Source: a bacterium
Lineage (GTDB): Bacteria; UBA10199; 2-02-FULL-44-16; JAAZCA01
DNA: 64,000 nt
Assembly: GCA_963674695.2 (NCBI GenBank)
Contig: CAXXGI010000003.1
Span: 576,001 to 640,000 of the forward strand
Reading direction: 5' to 3'
In this document: one piece after another, positions 50,889-60,222 of the stretch
How the letters are laid out: each line of letters opens with the position of its first letter
Numbering within the stretch: position 1 is the first letter of the stretch
Position numbers and translations under genes: made by a program
The notes under the pieces: model-generated
Told to the model about the DNA's origin: nothing
The model's database searches: none
What the model saw: the letters and a program-made list of their open reading frames with translations, nothing else

Positions 50889-53289
50889 CCGAATCTTCGC
50901 GGACGGAATTTTCGTCGATGACGCTGATCTCCGGCTCTTTGTCATGTTCACTGTCCTTCGGATATTCGATGCGCTGGTGATAGATGCCGAGCAGAATGCG
51001 CGTAAAGGATCGCGCGATATCGTTCAAATCGCGCAGCGTCAGATCGCATTGGTCGAGCTGCGATTCGGCAAAGATGTCGTTGATCCCCCGCTGAACCGTC
51101 TGTTGAATACGCGTGCTCGATTTTTCCTTGAGCGCGCGCACCGAGGCTTCCACCGTGTCGGCCAGCATAAGGATGGCCGCTTCGCGCGTCTGCGGCTTGG
51201 GGCCCGGATAGCAAAACTCCTTTTCGTCTATCTTTTGGAGGTCCGGATCCTCATTCCCCTTCGCTTTCTCATAAAAGAACTTCATCATGCGTGTACCGTG
51301 ATGCTGCGGAATCATGTCGGTGATCACCTTAGGCAAACCCGCCGACTGCGCCATCTCGATCCCATCCTTGACGTGCGCGGCGATAATGAGTGCCGACATA
51401 TGTGCGGAGAGTCGCTCGTGCCGGTTATCGCCCCCCTTGATGTTCTCGACGAAGTACTGCGGCTTCTTCATCTTGCCGATGTCATGGTAATAGGCGCCCA
51501 CACGGACCAACAGCGGATTGGCGCCGATGGATTCAGCGGCAGCCTCACCGAGAACGCCCACGAGATGGGAATGATGATAGGAGCCCGGAGCCCGCACGAT
51601 CAACTCGCGCAGCAGCGGATGGTTCAAGTTGGCCAGCTCCAGGAGTTTGATATCAGACGTGTAGCCGGAGACCGACTCGACGATCGGTGCAGCGATCATC
51701 GTGAAGATAGCCGCTCCAATTCCCGCCAAGAGCGCGCAGAACATCGCGACGATGGTATTCTGCACCGTCACATCGGAAGCGACGGTGGCGACCGCGAAGA
51801 GTTGAACGGCCAACACCGTCAACGCCGCGATGCACCCCGTGATGACGCCGGCTCGAATGATCGCCGTGCGCCGATCGGCATTGGAGATCGAGACGATCGC
51901 CGCGAAATTGACGATGAGCGCATACGCCACAAACGAGACGTTCGACTCGACGAGCATGCCGGAGAGCGCGCTGATGGAAACCGCAAAGACCAGCGTAATT
52001 TCAGCGCCGAGGAAAAGGCGCAGCAGCATCGTGCCGCCCGCAACCGGAAGGAGATAGGCTAAAAGACTCGTGGGCATGTCGAGCATGAAGGCTTCCTGGA
52101 CCCCCGGCAGGAGGATCAGAGAAAGGCGCATGATCAGCAGCAACGCCAGGCCCACCAGTGACATCAGGTAATGATCATTGCGATTCGGACGCACACGGTG
52201 AAAGAAACGTTCTCCCACATAAAATGGCACGACGAGCACGAGCAGCACGAGCATGAACGTGCCGGAAAACTGAACGGCATAGCTGGTGCGTCGCCGCTCC
52301 TTTCGGATGCCGGACAGAATCTTGATGTGACGCGGCTGATAGCGATCGCCGTCGCGGATGATCATCTCTCCGGCCTTGATCTTGATGATGACATCCTTGA
52401 GATTGCTCGATGCCGCCTCCTGGCGTTTTTCAAATTCGGTTCGGTTGAGCGTGCAGTTAGGCTCGACCAGCTGCGCGGCGATGTTCTTGATCACCTTGGC
52501 CGTCTCCGGCGCGCGCAAGCCCGTCGTCGAAATCGCCTCATCCTGGATCTTTTTGCGCAGTTGTTCGGTGGAGAGAATCAGATTCACATCGGCGAGGTGC
52601 TCTTCAACCGGTTGGACCTCCGTGCTTTCCTGTCCCGTGATGCGCCGAACGACGATACCGCGCTCCTTCTCGGCATCGAGTGCGGCGCGCTCGGCCACAA
52701 CCGGACGCTTCATCGCCCTGGTGAGCGTCTCGATCAGCCGATCCTGAACCACGCGCCCAAAGCGCTCTTTGACGAGCAGGTTCCACTGCGTGGGCGTCGG
52801 CGTGATGCCCAGTTTCTCGCTGAAGATCTGCTTGATCTCGGCGGATTCATCCTTCGAGAGGGGGTCGCGACGTCCGAGTCTTCCCTTTCCCCTCGCGCGC
52901 TCCGCATAAATGTCACTATACCGATCGCGTGCGGCTGAGAACGCATCATGCACGCGCGCCGCAATGCCGTCCACGACGCGAACGTCGAAATCGTAGACCG
53001 GCAGCACCTCCATGCGCGCTTCATCTCGAAACTTCTGCGTCGACCCCTCATCGATGATCTCGTAGTTTCGATTCGATTTCACATCGCGCGAGGCAATCAT
53101 GCCTTCTTGCAGCACGGTCGGGATCTGGTCGATGGAGACGGTGAGGATGAGCGTCACCGTCACGGACAACGCGACGAGCATGATCCAGGAGAATGCGGCC
53201 GAATGAAAGAAACGCGGAAAGCTCTCGAAGTCGCTGCGTTTGATTCGTCCGAAGAAATCGCGAAAGCGTTTGATGGCTCGATCAGGCAT
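50857..53289 (-). CDS. 7TM-HD (HDIG) phosphohydrolase, PgpH-like
   Basis: LLELANLNHPLL, APGSYHHS, YHDIGK, QHHGT, YPGPKPQT. Confidence 0.92.
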   Translation of the reverse strand: MPDRAIKRFRDFFGRIKRSDFESFPRFFHSAAFSWIMLVALSVTVTLILTVSIDQIPTVLQEGMIASRDVKSNRNYEIIDEGSTQKFRDEARMEVLPVYDFDVRVVDGIAARVHDAFSAARDRYSDIYAERARGKGRLGRRDPLSKDESAEIKQIFSEKLGITPTPTQWNLLVKERFGRVVQDRLIETLTRAMKRPVVAERAALDAEKERGIVVRRITGQESTEVQPVEEHLADVNLILSTEQLRKKIQDEAISTTGLRAPETAKVIKNIAAQLVEPNCTLNRTEFEKRQEAASSNLKDVIIKIKAGEMIIRDGDRYQPRHIKILSGIRKERRRTSYAVQFSGTFMLVLLVLVVPFYVGERFFHRVRPNRNDHYLMSLVGLALLLIMRLSLILLPGVQEAFMLDMPTSLLAYLLPVAGGTMLLRLFLGAEITLVFAVSISALSGMLVESNVSFVAYALIVNFAAIVSISNADRRTAIIRAGVITGCIAALTVLAVQLFAVATVASDVTVQNTIVAMFCALLAGIGAAIFTMIAAPIVESVSGYTSDIKLLELANLNHPLLRELIVRAPGSYHHSHLVGVLGEAAAESIGANPLLVRVGAYYHDIGKMKKPQYFVENIKGGDNRHERLSAHMSALIIAAHVKDGIEMAQSAGLPKVITDMIPQHHGTRMMKFFYEKAKGNEDPDLQKIDEKEFCYPGPKPQTREAAILMLADTVEASVRALKEKSSTRIQQTVQRGINDIFAESQLDQCDLTLRDLNDIARSFTRILLGIYHQRIEYPKDSEHDKEPEISVIDENSVREDSVDDEPTVKER

Positions 53290-54265
53290 GATGCTCCTCT
53301 TCGCGCTCAAAGGCGCGTACGATATCCCCCACCAGCGGGTGGCGCACAACATCGCCGTCGTCAAAACGGTGAAAGGCAATCCCCTTTGTTCCTTCGAGAA
53401 TACGCCAGGATTCCAGCAATCCTGAGCGCTGTTCGGCGGGAAGATCGATCTGCGTAACATCCCCCGTGATGACCATGCGCGAATTCACCCCGAGACGCGT
53501 GAGACACATCTTCATCTGTTGATAGCTACAATTCTGGGCCTCGTCGACGATGACGAACGAACGATGCAACGTGCGACCCCGCATGAAGGCCAGCGGCGCA
53601 ATTTCGATGATATCGTCAGCGATGAGTTCTTCGACGCGCTCGACCTCGAGCATGTCGTAGAGGGCGTCATAGAGCGGGCGCAGGTAGGGGTTCACCTTGG
53701 CCTGCATATCGCCCGGAAGAAAGCCGAGTTTCTCGCCCGCCTCGACCGCAGGGCGCGCCAAGACGATGCGCTCGTACTCGCGTTTCATGAGCGCGGCCAC
53801 TGCCATGGCGACGGCCAGATAACTCTTTCCCGTTCCGGCCGGACCGATGGAGAAGACAATATCATGGTTGCGCATCCCCTCGATGTAGCGGCGCTGATTG
53901 GGCGAACGCGGAACGATGACGCGACGCCTGGCCGGCACGACGATGGCGTCGGAAAAGAGCGATTCCAGATCGGCGTCGCCATCGCGCGAAAGCAAGCGGA
54001 TGGCCTGTTCGATATCGCTGCCGAGGATCGGATACCCCTTCTTGAGGAGTTTATAGAGCTGATTCAGAATGCGCTCGCCGACGCCAACTTCATGTTCAGA
54101 CCCGGAGAGTTTCAGATCCGCACCACGGACATGGATCTCGATGCCCAAACTCGCTTCGATCGAGTGGAGATGAATATCCTCAGCGCCGAAGAGATCGCGC
54201 GCGAGCGCGTTGTCCTCGAACCGCAAACTGACGACCTTTGGCGATGTCTTCTTTTTTCGTGTCAT
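53282..54265 (-). CDS. PhoH family protein
   Basis: GPAGTGKS, RPAVEAGE.LGFLPG, FMRGRT, DVVRHPLV. Confidence 0.96.
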   Translation of the reverse strand: MTRKKKTSPKVVSLRFEDNALARDLFGAEDIHLHSIEASLGIEIHVRGADLKLSGSEHEVGVGERILNQLYKLLKKGYPILGSDIEQAIRLLSRDGDADLESLFSDAIVVPARRRVIVPRSPNQRRYIEGMRNHDIVFSIGPAGTGKSYLAVAMAVAALMKREYERIVLARPAVEAGEKLGFLPGDMQAKVNPYLRPLYDALYDMLEVERVEELIADDIIEIAPLAFMRGRTLHRSFVIVDEAQNCSYQQMKMCLTRLGVNSRMVITGDVTQIDLPAEQRSGLLESWRILEGTKGIAFHRFDDGDVVRHPLVGDIVRAFEREEEHHA

Positions 54266-54296
54266 CGTGAGTATCGCTGTTTCGCCCCTCGGCCCT

Positions 54297-54764
54297 TTAC
54301 CGTCCCCTCGGTTGCTGGGCGCGCCCGGCTTGTTGCTTCGCCTTCTCGCCGCCCTCGCCCATCACCTGCACGGCAAACTCCCGGCGTCGGCCACCCTTTT
54401 CCAGATCGATGAGGATGATCTCTTCGCGGGGTCCCAGGGCGAGCTTCCCGGCGGAGAAGGGAACCGTCAGCGTCTTGCCGATCATGGCCCCCACGACGCG
54501 AGGTCCGACCGCAATCTCCTCCTTGCGCCGATTTTTGATCTGTTCATCCTGCCCCGGAAAGACGGCAAGGGCAGCCTTGAGGTGCTCCACCACATCCGGC
54601 AAAGGCTCGATGATCGTGATCGCTCCGCCCGGCGCGGGAACCGAGACGGTCACGAGTCCTTCGCTTGCACCCGCCTCACGGAGCGCGCGGTTCACCTCGT
54701 GGATGATGGAGCGCACGTCCACTTCCGATGTCGTCGGGATAAAGTAATTCCTGAAGAAAATCAT
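54297..54764 (-). CDS. YjbQ-like (UPF0047) protein, divergent
   Basis: EGLVTV...AITIIE...LTVPF..GKLALG..EEIILID...RRR. Confidence 0.7.
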   Translation of the reverse strand: MIFFRNYFIPTTSEVDVRSIIHEVNRALREAGASEGLVTVSVPAPGGAITIIEPLPDVVEHLKAALAVFPGQDEQIKNRRKEEIAVGPRVVGAMIGKTLTVPFSAGKLALGPREEIILIDLEKGGRRREFAVQVMGEGGEKAKQQAGRAQQPRGR

Positions 54765-54830
54765 AGTGCTCGGACTCTACGGTTGGACTGGGAGGATTGC
54801 AACGGCAAAAAAAGACCGGAATTGGACTGC

Positions 54831-55005
54831 GGATACCTCTAAAAACTGCGTTTTTTGGTTTTGTCATTTCCACGAAACCAAAGTTTGTCATTCCCGCGTA
54901 GGCAGCCTGCCCGCCGGTTGTGTGGCGGGGGAATCTCGCTTGTAATGGCCAATCGAGATCCCCGCTTTCGCGGGGATAACAACGGCAGGGTTTGTCAGCA
55001 GTCTG
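54831..55005. mobile_element. Chimeric MITE: ACCTCTAAAAACTG left end, TTTGTCAGCAGTCTG right end, REP-A cargo
   Basis: Left end matches 24658; right end is the reverse complement of 11730. Confidence 0.6.
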
Positions 55006-55033
55006 AAGGCCCCCATCGCGGGGGTCTTTTTGT

Positions 55034-56218
55034 TTAGGGAATGGATGTCGGCACAAACCCGCGGGCGGGGCCTTTGGAGATGCCGACCTGAACGGTGGTC
55101 TTGGCCTTGAGGCCGATGCTCGGAAACTGGGCGACGAGCGTCTTGAAGTTTTCATAGTGTTTCCGCTTCTTCTCGAGATCGATCTTCCCCTCCGTCATCA
55201 CCGCGCGATAGATGTCGATGACGAGGCCGCCGTCGATCATCGGCAGTGCGCGCAGCATGCCCTGGTCGTTGCCGACTTCGCGCGGATTCGCCCGAGGCAG
55301 ATCCGCGAACGGTCCGAAGTTGTCGCCGATGACGCCGGCCAGGCGCATCGCGCCGATCGAGAGTTTCTGCTGCTTCGTCGTATCCGCGTTCCAGCGCACG
55401 ACCCGGCGTGCGGCGATCGAGGCGCCGCCAGTAGCCTTGCCCTCGCGGGCGTTGGCAATCTCGACCGGGCGCGGCTGAATGACGGCGTGTCCATATCGCT
55501 TGAGCACCTCCTTCCAGCTTTCGATGCCGTTCGACTGGATGAGGTTTGAGAGCAGCACGGGCTTATCCGGATGCTTTGGATCGGCGACATAGGCGTCGAT
55601 CCCCTCCACGGCCCAGAGCGGAGCACCATATCCGACCTGTTCGAGCATGGGGGCCACGAGAAAGAAGGGGCTGGCCGAGACAAACCCCGTCACAATTCCG
55701 CGCGTACGCAGGAATTGGGTGAGCGCACGTATTTCGGCATAGACCTGAGGAAAATCCTCGCGCTTGGACGACTGCCGAAAGAGCCGATCGACCTCCTTGA
55801 GCGTGAGGCCGGAAAACGCAAGGCTCGCATAGGTATACGCGACGATCGGGTCGATGCCATAGAGGTGTTCATAATAATCGAACGGCGTCTTCCCCTCGCG
55901 AACGAAGGGGAAGCCCTCCAGGAGCGGCGCCGTCTTCCAGGTGATGGCCCCTTTCTTCACGCCTTCATCGAAGACGACATCGGCGATATCCCCCGCCCAA
56001 GCGGTGTTGTCGCAGTCGATCAGCAGCAGGAGCGTCTCCGGTTCATGGCGCGCCAGTCGCGACAGCCAATCGGAGAGCTCTTTATAGGCGGCATCGTTCC
56101 ACGCACCGCGCGCCGGCAGGGCGTCGGCATTGCGCGGGTGGAAGGACTGCGCAGATGCCGACGATACGAACAGCATCAGACAGGACAGCACTATCAGGAC
56201 ATATCGTCTTGCAGACAT
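55034..56218 (-). CDS. Secreted HAD-superfamily hydrolase
   Basis: Signal peptide; DCDNT motif I, VSAS motif II, GK, GD. Confidence 0.75.
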   Translation of the reverse strand: MSARRYVLIVLSCLMLFVSSASAQSFHPRNADALPARGAWNDAAYKELSDWLSRLARHEPETLLLLIDCDNTAWAGDIADVVFDEGVKKGAITWKTAPLLEGFPFVREGKTPFDYYEHLYGIDPIVAYTYASLAFSGLTLKEVDRLFRQSSKREDFPQVYAEIRALTQFLRTRGIVTGFVSASPFFLVAPMLEQVGYGAPLWAVEGIDAYVADPKHPDKPVLLSNLIQSNGIESWKEVLKRYGHAVIQPRPVEIANAREGKATGGASIAARRVVRWNADTTKQQKLSIGAMRLAGVIGDNFGPFADLPRANPREVGNDQGMLRALPMIDGGLVIDIYRAVMTEGKIDLEKKRKHYENFKTLVAQFPSIGLKAKTTVQVGISKGPARGFVPTSIP

Positions 56219-56436
56219 AGCAAATCTCCATTGCACTTCTTTTGTCATTCCCGCGAACGCGGGAATCTCGCTTTTAATAGCAGATCGAGATCCCCGCGTT
56301 CGCGAGGATGACAAAAACACAGGTTTGTCATTCCGCCTGCCCGCCGGTTGTGTGGCGGGGGAATCTCGATTTTTCAAGTACTTCGAGATTCCCGATTCCT
56401 CGGGAATGACAACAAAAGCTCTTTTCCCGACAACCT

Positions 56437-58299
56437 CTATTTATCATTCACCACCGCATCGATGGCGCGGCGTTGATCGATGATGCGACCGTAGAACGGC
56501 GCCGGGATCGGATCGCCCGTCTTCCAGAGGATCTGCTTCACCTCAACGGGGGTGAGTTTCGGATCGAGGGCGAAGAGCTTGGCGGCGGTGTTCGTCGCAT
56601 TGGGTGACGCCATCGATGTGCCGGACAGCGGCACCGTCTTCCCGCCCGGAATGATGCTCGGCACGGTCACGCCCCAATCGAAGAGCTTCACGAGTTTGCG
56701 ATTGGAACTGGTGAATCGCGCCCACCTTCCGAAGGGATCGACCGCACCGATCGCCGCGACGTTAGGCCGCTCGATGCCGGAGGAGACGGTTTCGAACTCC
56801 ACGACGTCCTTGTTGTCGTTGCCCGCGGAGACGAGAAAGAGCGTGTCGGGACAGTGGTCGAAGACATAGCTCCAGACCTTGCGGCGCCAGGCCTGGACCT
56901 TGTCGGCACGGCGCTCGGCCTTCTTCGGATCGGTGTAGGTCCCTTCCTTCAGGATCGCTTCGAGCACATAATCGCGATCGAAACCCAAGCTCGCATTGAC
57001 CACGCGGATTCCGTGCCGGTTGATGAACGCGGCGATCGCCTTGGCGTTTTGCATCTCGGCCTTGAGCTCCGCATCGGTCGGGCCCCGCTCGTGATAGATG
57101 CGGCCCTCGCCCGCCCAGGCCGAACGAAACGGCGCGATGCGGATGAAGGGATTGCCCTTGGCGGCGATGCCGGCCACGTGCGTGCCGTGGGCCCACTCGC
57201 CGATCATATCGAGGTTGAGCAGGAACGCGCGACGCGCATCGACGGTTTTGACCGCTTTATAGGTGGTGATCAGGTGACGTGCCTCGGGCGTGTTGCTCAT
57301 GCCGGCGCGGATATCCATGATCCCCTTCAGAAACTGGCCGTACTGGGCGATGACCGCTTCGCCCGGATCATAGAGGAGGCGATCGTTGATCGAGGCCTGA
57401 TCGGGATCGGCGGTGTCGTGCGCAAGCCCATAGATATCGTCGATCTGGCCGTTGCCGTCGTCGTCGCGACCGTTCTTGATCTCGCCGGTGTTGACGAGCA
57501 GGCGGTCCTCGAACTGTGTCGTATCCACGCCGCAGTCCCAGATGCCCACGCCCACGGGCCAAGCCTTCTTTCCCGCGATATCGACGTTCTGAAAGGCATA
57601 TTTCTTTGGATCGCGCTGACGTGCGTAATAGGGCTTGAGCTGCGCAAACGCACGCTCATAGGTCTTCATGTTGTCGGCCACAGCGCCGCGAAAGCGCGTG
57701 TCCTTGAGGTATTCAAACGCCGTCATCGGCGTGAGCAGCGACTCGCGGTCCATCTTTCCCGCGAGCTCTACGAGCCGCTTGGTCGTCGTGAGGTAATAGG
57801 CCATCTGCCCGTTGAAACGCCCCTTGGGAAGCTCCTTGAAGGCCGCCACCAGCGCTGCGACCTGCTTGGGCTTGCTGTCTCCCGCCAAGACGCGGCGAGC
57901 TTCAGCGCGCAGCTTCGGGGCGAAGAGAAATTTGTTCGGATTATTCGCCCGCGCGCGCATGATCGTCACCATCTGATCGGCGCGCTCGGCCTTTCCTTCG
58001 ATCTGGAAGAGATAGCCGAGCGTTTCGAGCTGCTCCATCGCGCGATCGGGGATGAGCGGAAGCAGGTTCGGATCGGCCGCATAGGCCTCGAATTGGTCGC
58101 ACTTGAATGCCGGATAATATTTTTTGAGCTTCGCCTTCACGTCGGCTTTCACCAATGCGATCAGGTCCGCATCGCTCTTGCCCTTCCAGGAGGGATTCAT
58201 CTTTGACGTCCCTTCGACACCATCCGCGGCGAAAGTCGGCGGCATCAAAGCGATGGAGAAGAAAAAGACGATGATGGTGATGAGATGTTTGCGCGGCAT
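56437..58299 (-). CDS. S8 subtilisin-like serine protease
   Basis: DCGVD, HGTHVAG, SAGN, GTSMASP; signal peptide. Confidence 0.92.
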   Translation of the reverse strand: MPRKHLITIIVFFFSIALMPPTFAADGVEGTSKMNPSWKGKSDADLIALVKADVKAKLKKYYPAFKCDQFEAYAADPNLLPLIPDRAMEQLETLGYLFQIEGKAERADQMVTIMRARANNPNKFLFAPKLRAEARRVLAGDSKPKQVAALVAAFKELPKGRFNGQMAYYLTTTKRLVELAGKMDRESLLTPMTAFEYLKDTRFRGAVADNMKTYERAFAQLKPYYARQRDPKKYAFQNVDIAGKKAWPVGVGIWDCGVDTTQFEDRLLVNTGEIKNGRDDDGNGQIDDIYGLAHDTADPDQASINDRLLYDPGEAVIAQYGQFLKGIMDIRAGMSNTPEARHLITTYKAVKTVDARRAFLLNLDMIGEWAHGTHVAGIAAKGNPFIRIAPFRSAWAGEGRIYHERGPTDAELKAEMQNAKAIAAFINRHGIRVVNASLGFDRDYVLEAILKEGTYTDPKKAERRADKVQAWRRKVWSYVFDHCPDTLFLVSAGNDNKDVVEFETVSSGIERPNVAAIGAVDPFGRWARFTSSNRKLVKLFDWGVTVPSIIPGGKTVPLSGTSMASPNATNTAAKLFALDPKLTPVEVKQILWKTGDPIPAPFYGRIIDQRRAIDAVVNDK

Positions 58300-58373
58300 G
58301 ATACCCCCCTTTGCCCTGGACATATCGGCTTCAAGGATACCCCGCAAGGGGAAAGCGAACGAAATAATCCTGG

Positions 58374-59186
58374 ATGGTTGACGAATCCGTGGCGCTCCCC
58401 TATTTCACCCTCATGCCAAAGACCGGAGCAAAGTTCGAGAAGCTGGTGGCAATCATGTCGCGTCTGCGCGCACCCGATGGCTGCCCGTGGGACCGGAAGC
58501 AGACCTATCGCGACATCGCGGCGCACACGCTCGAAGAGACGCATGAGGTGATGGAGGCGATCGATCGGGAGAACTTCACCGATCTCTGCGAGGAATGCGG
58601 CGACTTAGTCCTGCAGGTCATCTTCTATGCCCAGATGGCGCGAGAGGACGGACACTTCACGATCGACGACGTCATCGATGCGATCACGAAGAAACTCATC
58701 CATCGCCATCCGCACGTCTTCGGCGAATCGAAGGTCGCCGATTCGAACGAGGTGGAGGAGCGCTGGGAAGAACTGAAGATGGCCGAGGGAAAAAAGTCGG
58801 TCGTGGGCGGCGTGCCCAAGAACCTTCCCGCGCTGCTCAAGGCGTTTCGCCTGGGCGAGAAGACCTCGCGCGTCGGCTTCGACTGGGGCGATGCCGAGGG
58901 GATCCTGGCCAAGGTCGAGGAGGAGACGCGCGAGTTGCACGAGGCGAGCCAGTCCCAGGATCGCGAGGCGATCGATCACGAATACGGCGACCTGCTCTTC
59001 ACGCTCGCCAACCTCGGCCGATTTCTCGGCCTCGACCCCGAGGGCAGCCTGCGCCGCGCCACCGAACGCTTCAGCGCGCGATTTCAACACATGGAGCACC
59101 AGTGCGAAAGCGACAACAAGAAACTCCAAAAACTCACGCCGGAGGAATGGGATACGCTGTGGGAACAGGCAAAGAAACAGGTATGA
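58374..59186 (+). CDS. mazG: Nucleoside triphosphate pyrophosphohydrolase MazG
   Basis: LRAPDGCPWDRKQT, EECGD, RHPHVFG, GFDW; start may be 58413. Confidence 0.96.
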   Translation: MVDESVALPYFTLMPKTGAKFEKLVAIMSRLRAPDGCPWDRKQTYRDIAAHTLEETHEVMEAIDRENFTDLCEECGDLVLQVIFYAQMAREDGHFTIDDVIDAITKKLIHRHPHVFGESKVADSNEVEERWEELKMAEGKKSVVGGVPKNLPALLKAFRLGEKTSRVGFDWGDAEGILAKVEEETRELHEASQSQDREAIDHEYGDLLFTLANLGRFLGLDPEGSLRRATERFSARFQHMEHQCESDNKKLQKLTPEEWDTLWEQAKKQV

Positions 59187-59318
59187 ATTATGAATCGACT
59201 GCTGCAATAGTCACAATATGATCGCACAGAAGAAATGAGTGGTTGCGATATCATCACACAATTGTCTTCCGATTTCTGATGATGATCTTGATCTTGATGT
59301 TGATTTCTGATTACCGGC

Positions 59319-59651
59319 TCACCTGAGCCGGTAGAGCATCCGGCTGATTCGATCTGCCCTTTCCTTGTTCTCCATTTCACATCGTGCCGGAATCAAGGAG
59401 AATGCGGCGGCCAGATCGATGCAGGCCGACACCTCCGCGAGCGAAGCCCTGGAGATCTGAAAGAAGCGCTTTCGTTCCCCCTTGCCCATCCGAGCATTGC
59501 CCTCCGCCAAGTTGAGCACGACGGAAGCCATGGCCCTTCTGAGCTGATCGACCAGATAGCCGTACCCACGTGGCCATCCACCGGAGAGCCCCCCGAGCTC
59601 CTTCGCCAGAGTGATCGATTCCCGGTAACAGTCCAGTTTTTCATGTAGCAT
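59319..59651 (-). CDS. Four-helix bundle protein (TIGR02436 / 23S-IVP / Avd-like), copy 1
   Basis: HEKLDCY...LVDQLRRAMASVVLNLAEG...RFFQISRASLAE; GGGAGG RBS. Confidence 0.88.
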   Translation of the reverse strand: MLHEKLDCYRESITLAKELGGLSGGWPRGYGYLVDQLRRAMASVVLNLAEGNARMGKGERKRFFQISRASLAEVSACIDLAAAFSLIPARCEMENKERADRISRMLYRLR

Positions 59652-59655
59652 TTGA

Positions 59656-59731
59656 GCCTCCCTGTGGTGGTTAATTTTTTTTGCCCCCCGACCGGGCGAG
59701 GGGCAAAAAAAATTAACCACCACAGGGAGGC
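59656..59731. repeat. Central near-perfect palindrome holding both RBSs
   Basis: 32 bp perfect arms 59656-59687 and 59700-59731 around a 12 bp quasi-palindromic CCGG core. Confidence 0.95.
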
Positions 59732-59734
59732 GTC

Positions 59735-60070
59735 ATGAATCATGAAAAACTGGACTGTTACCGGGAACTCATCATGGTCTCGAAGGAGCTCGGGGGGCTC
59801 ATGAAAGGATGGCCGAGAGGCTCTGGCTATCTGGTCGATCAGCTCAGAAGGGCCATATCGTCTGCTGTGCTCAACTTGGCGGAGGGCAACGGCAAGCGGG
59901 GGCAACCACGTGAACGAAAGCGCTTCTTTCAGATCTCGATGGGATCCATCGCGGAGGTGGCAGCGGGCCTGGATCTGGCCGCCGCATTCTCCTTGATTCC
60001 GGCACGAGTACAGGAGGAGAATAAGGCGATTCTGCGAGCAGCATACAACCGGATCAGGAGACTCTCCTGA
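59735..60070 (+). CDS. Four-helix bundle protein (TIGR02436 / 23S-IVP / Avd-like), copy 2
   Basis: HEKLDCY...LVDQLRRAISSAVLNLAEG...RFFQISMGSIAE. Confidence 0.88.
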   Translation: MNHEKLDCYRELIMVSKELGGLMKGWPRGSGYLVDQLRRAISSAVLNLAEGNGKRGQPRERKRFFQISMGSIAEVAAGLDLAAAFSLIPARVQEENKAILRAAYNRIRRLS

Positions 60071-60222
60071 TCCGGCTCCGTTATCGATATCTCGAAGAAT
60101 CGGTTTCTCCCAATCGGTTCTCGGTTTTCCGTTTCGGTTTGAAATGTCAGGCGGGGTGATAACGGCACATTGTTGTTGTCAGATCCAATAGTGATCACTA
60201 CAATTCACTTCATTCACCACTT

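Noticed and set aside
59319-60070. Diversity-generating retroelement
   Set aside because: The proteins are Avd-like in fold, but there is no reverse transcriptase, and the differences between copies are not adenine-specific as in a TR/VR pair.
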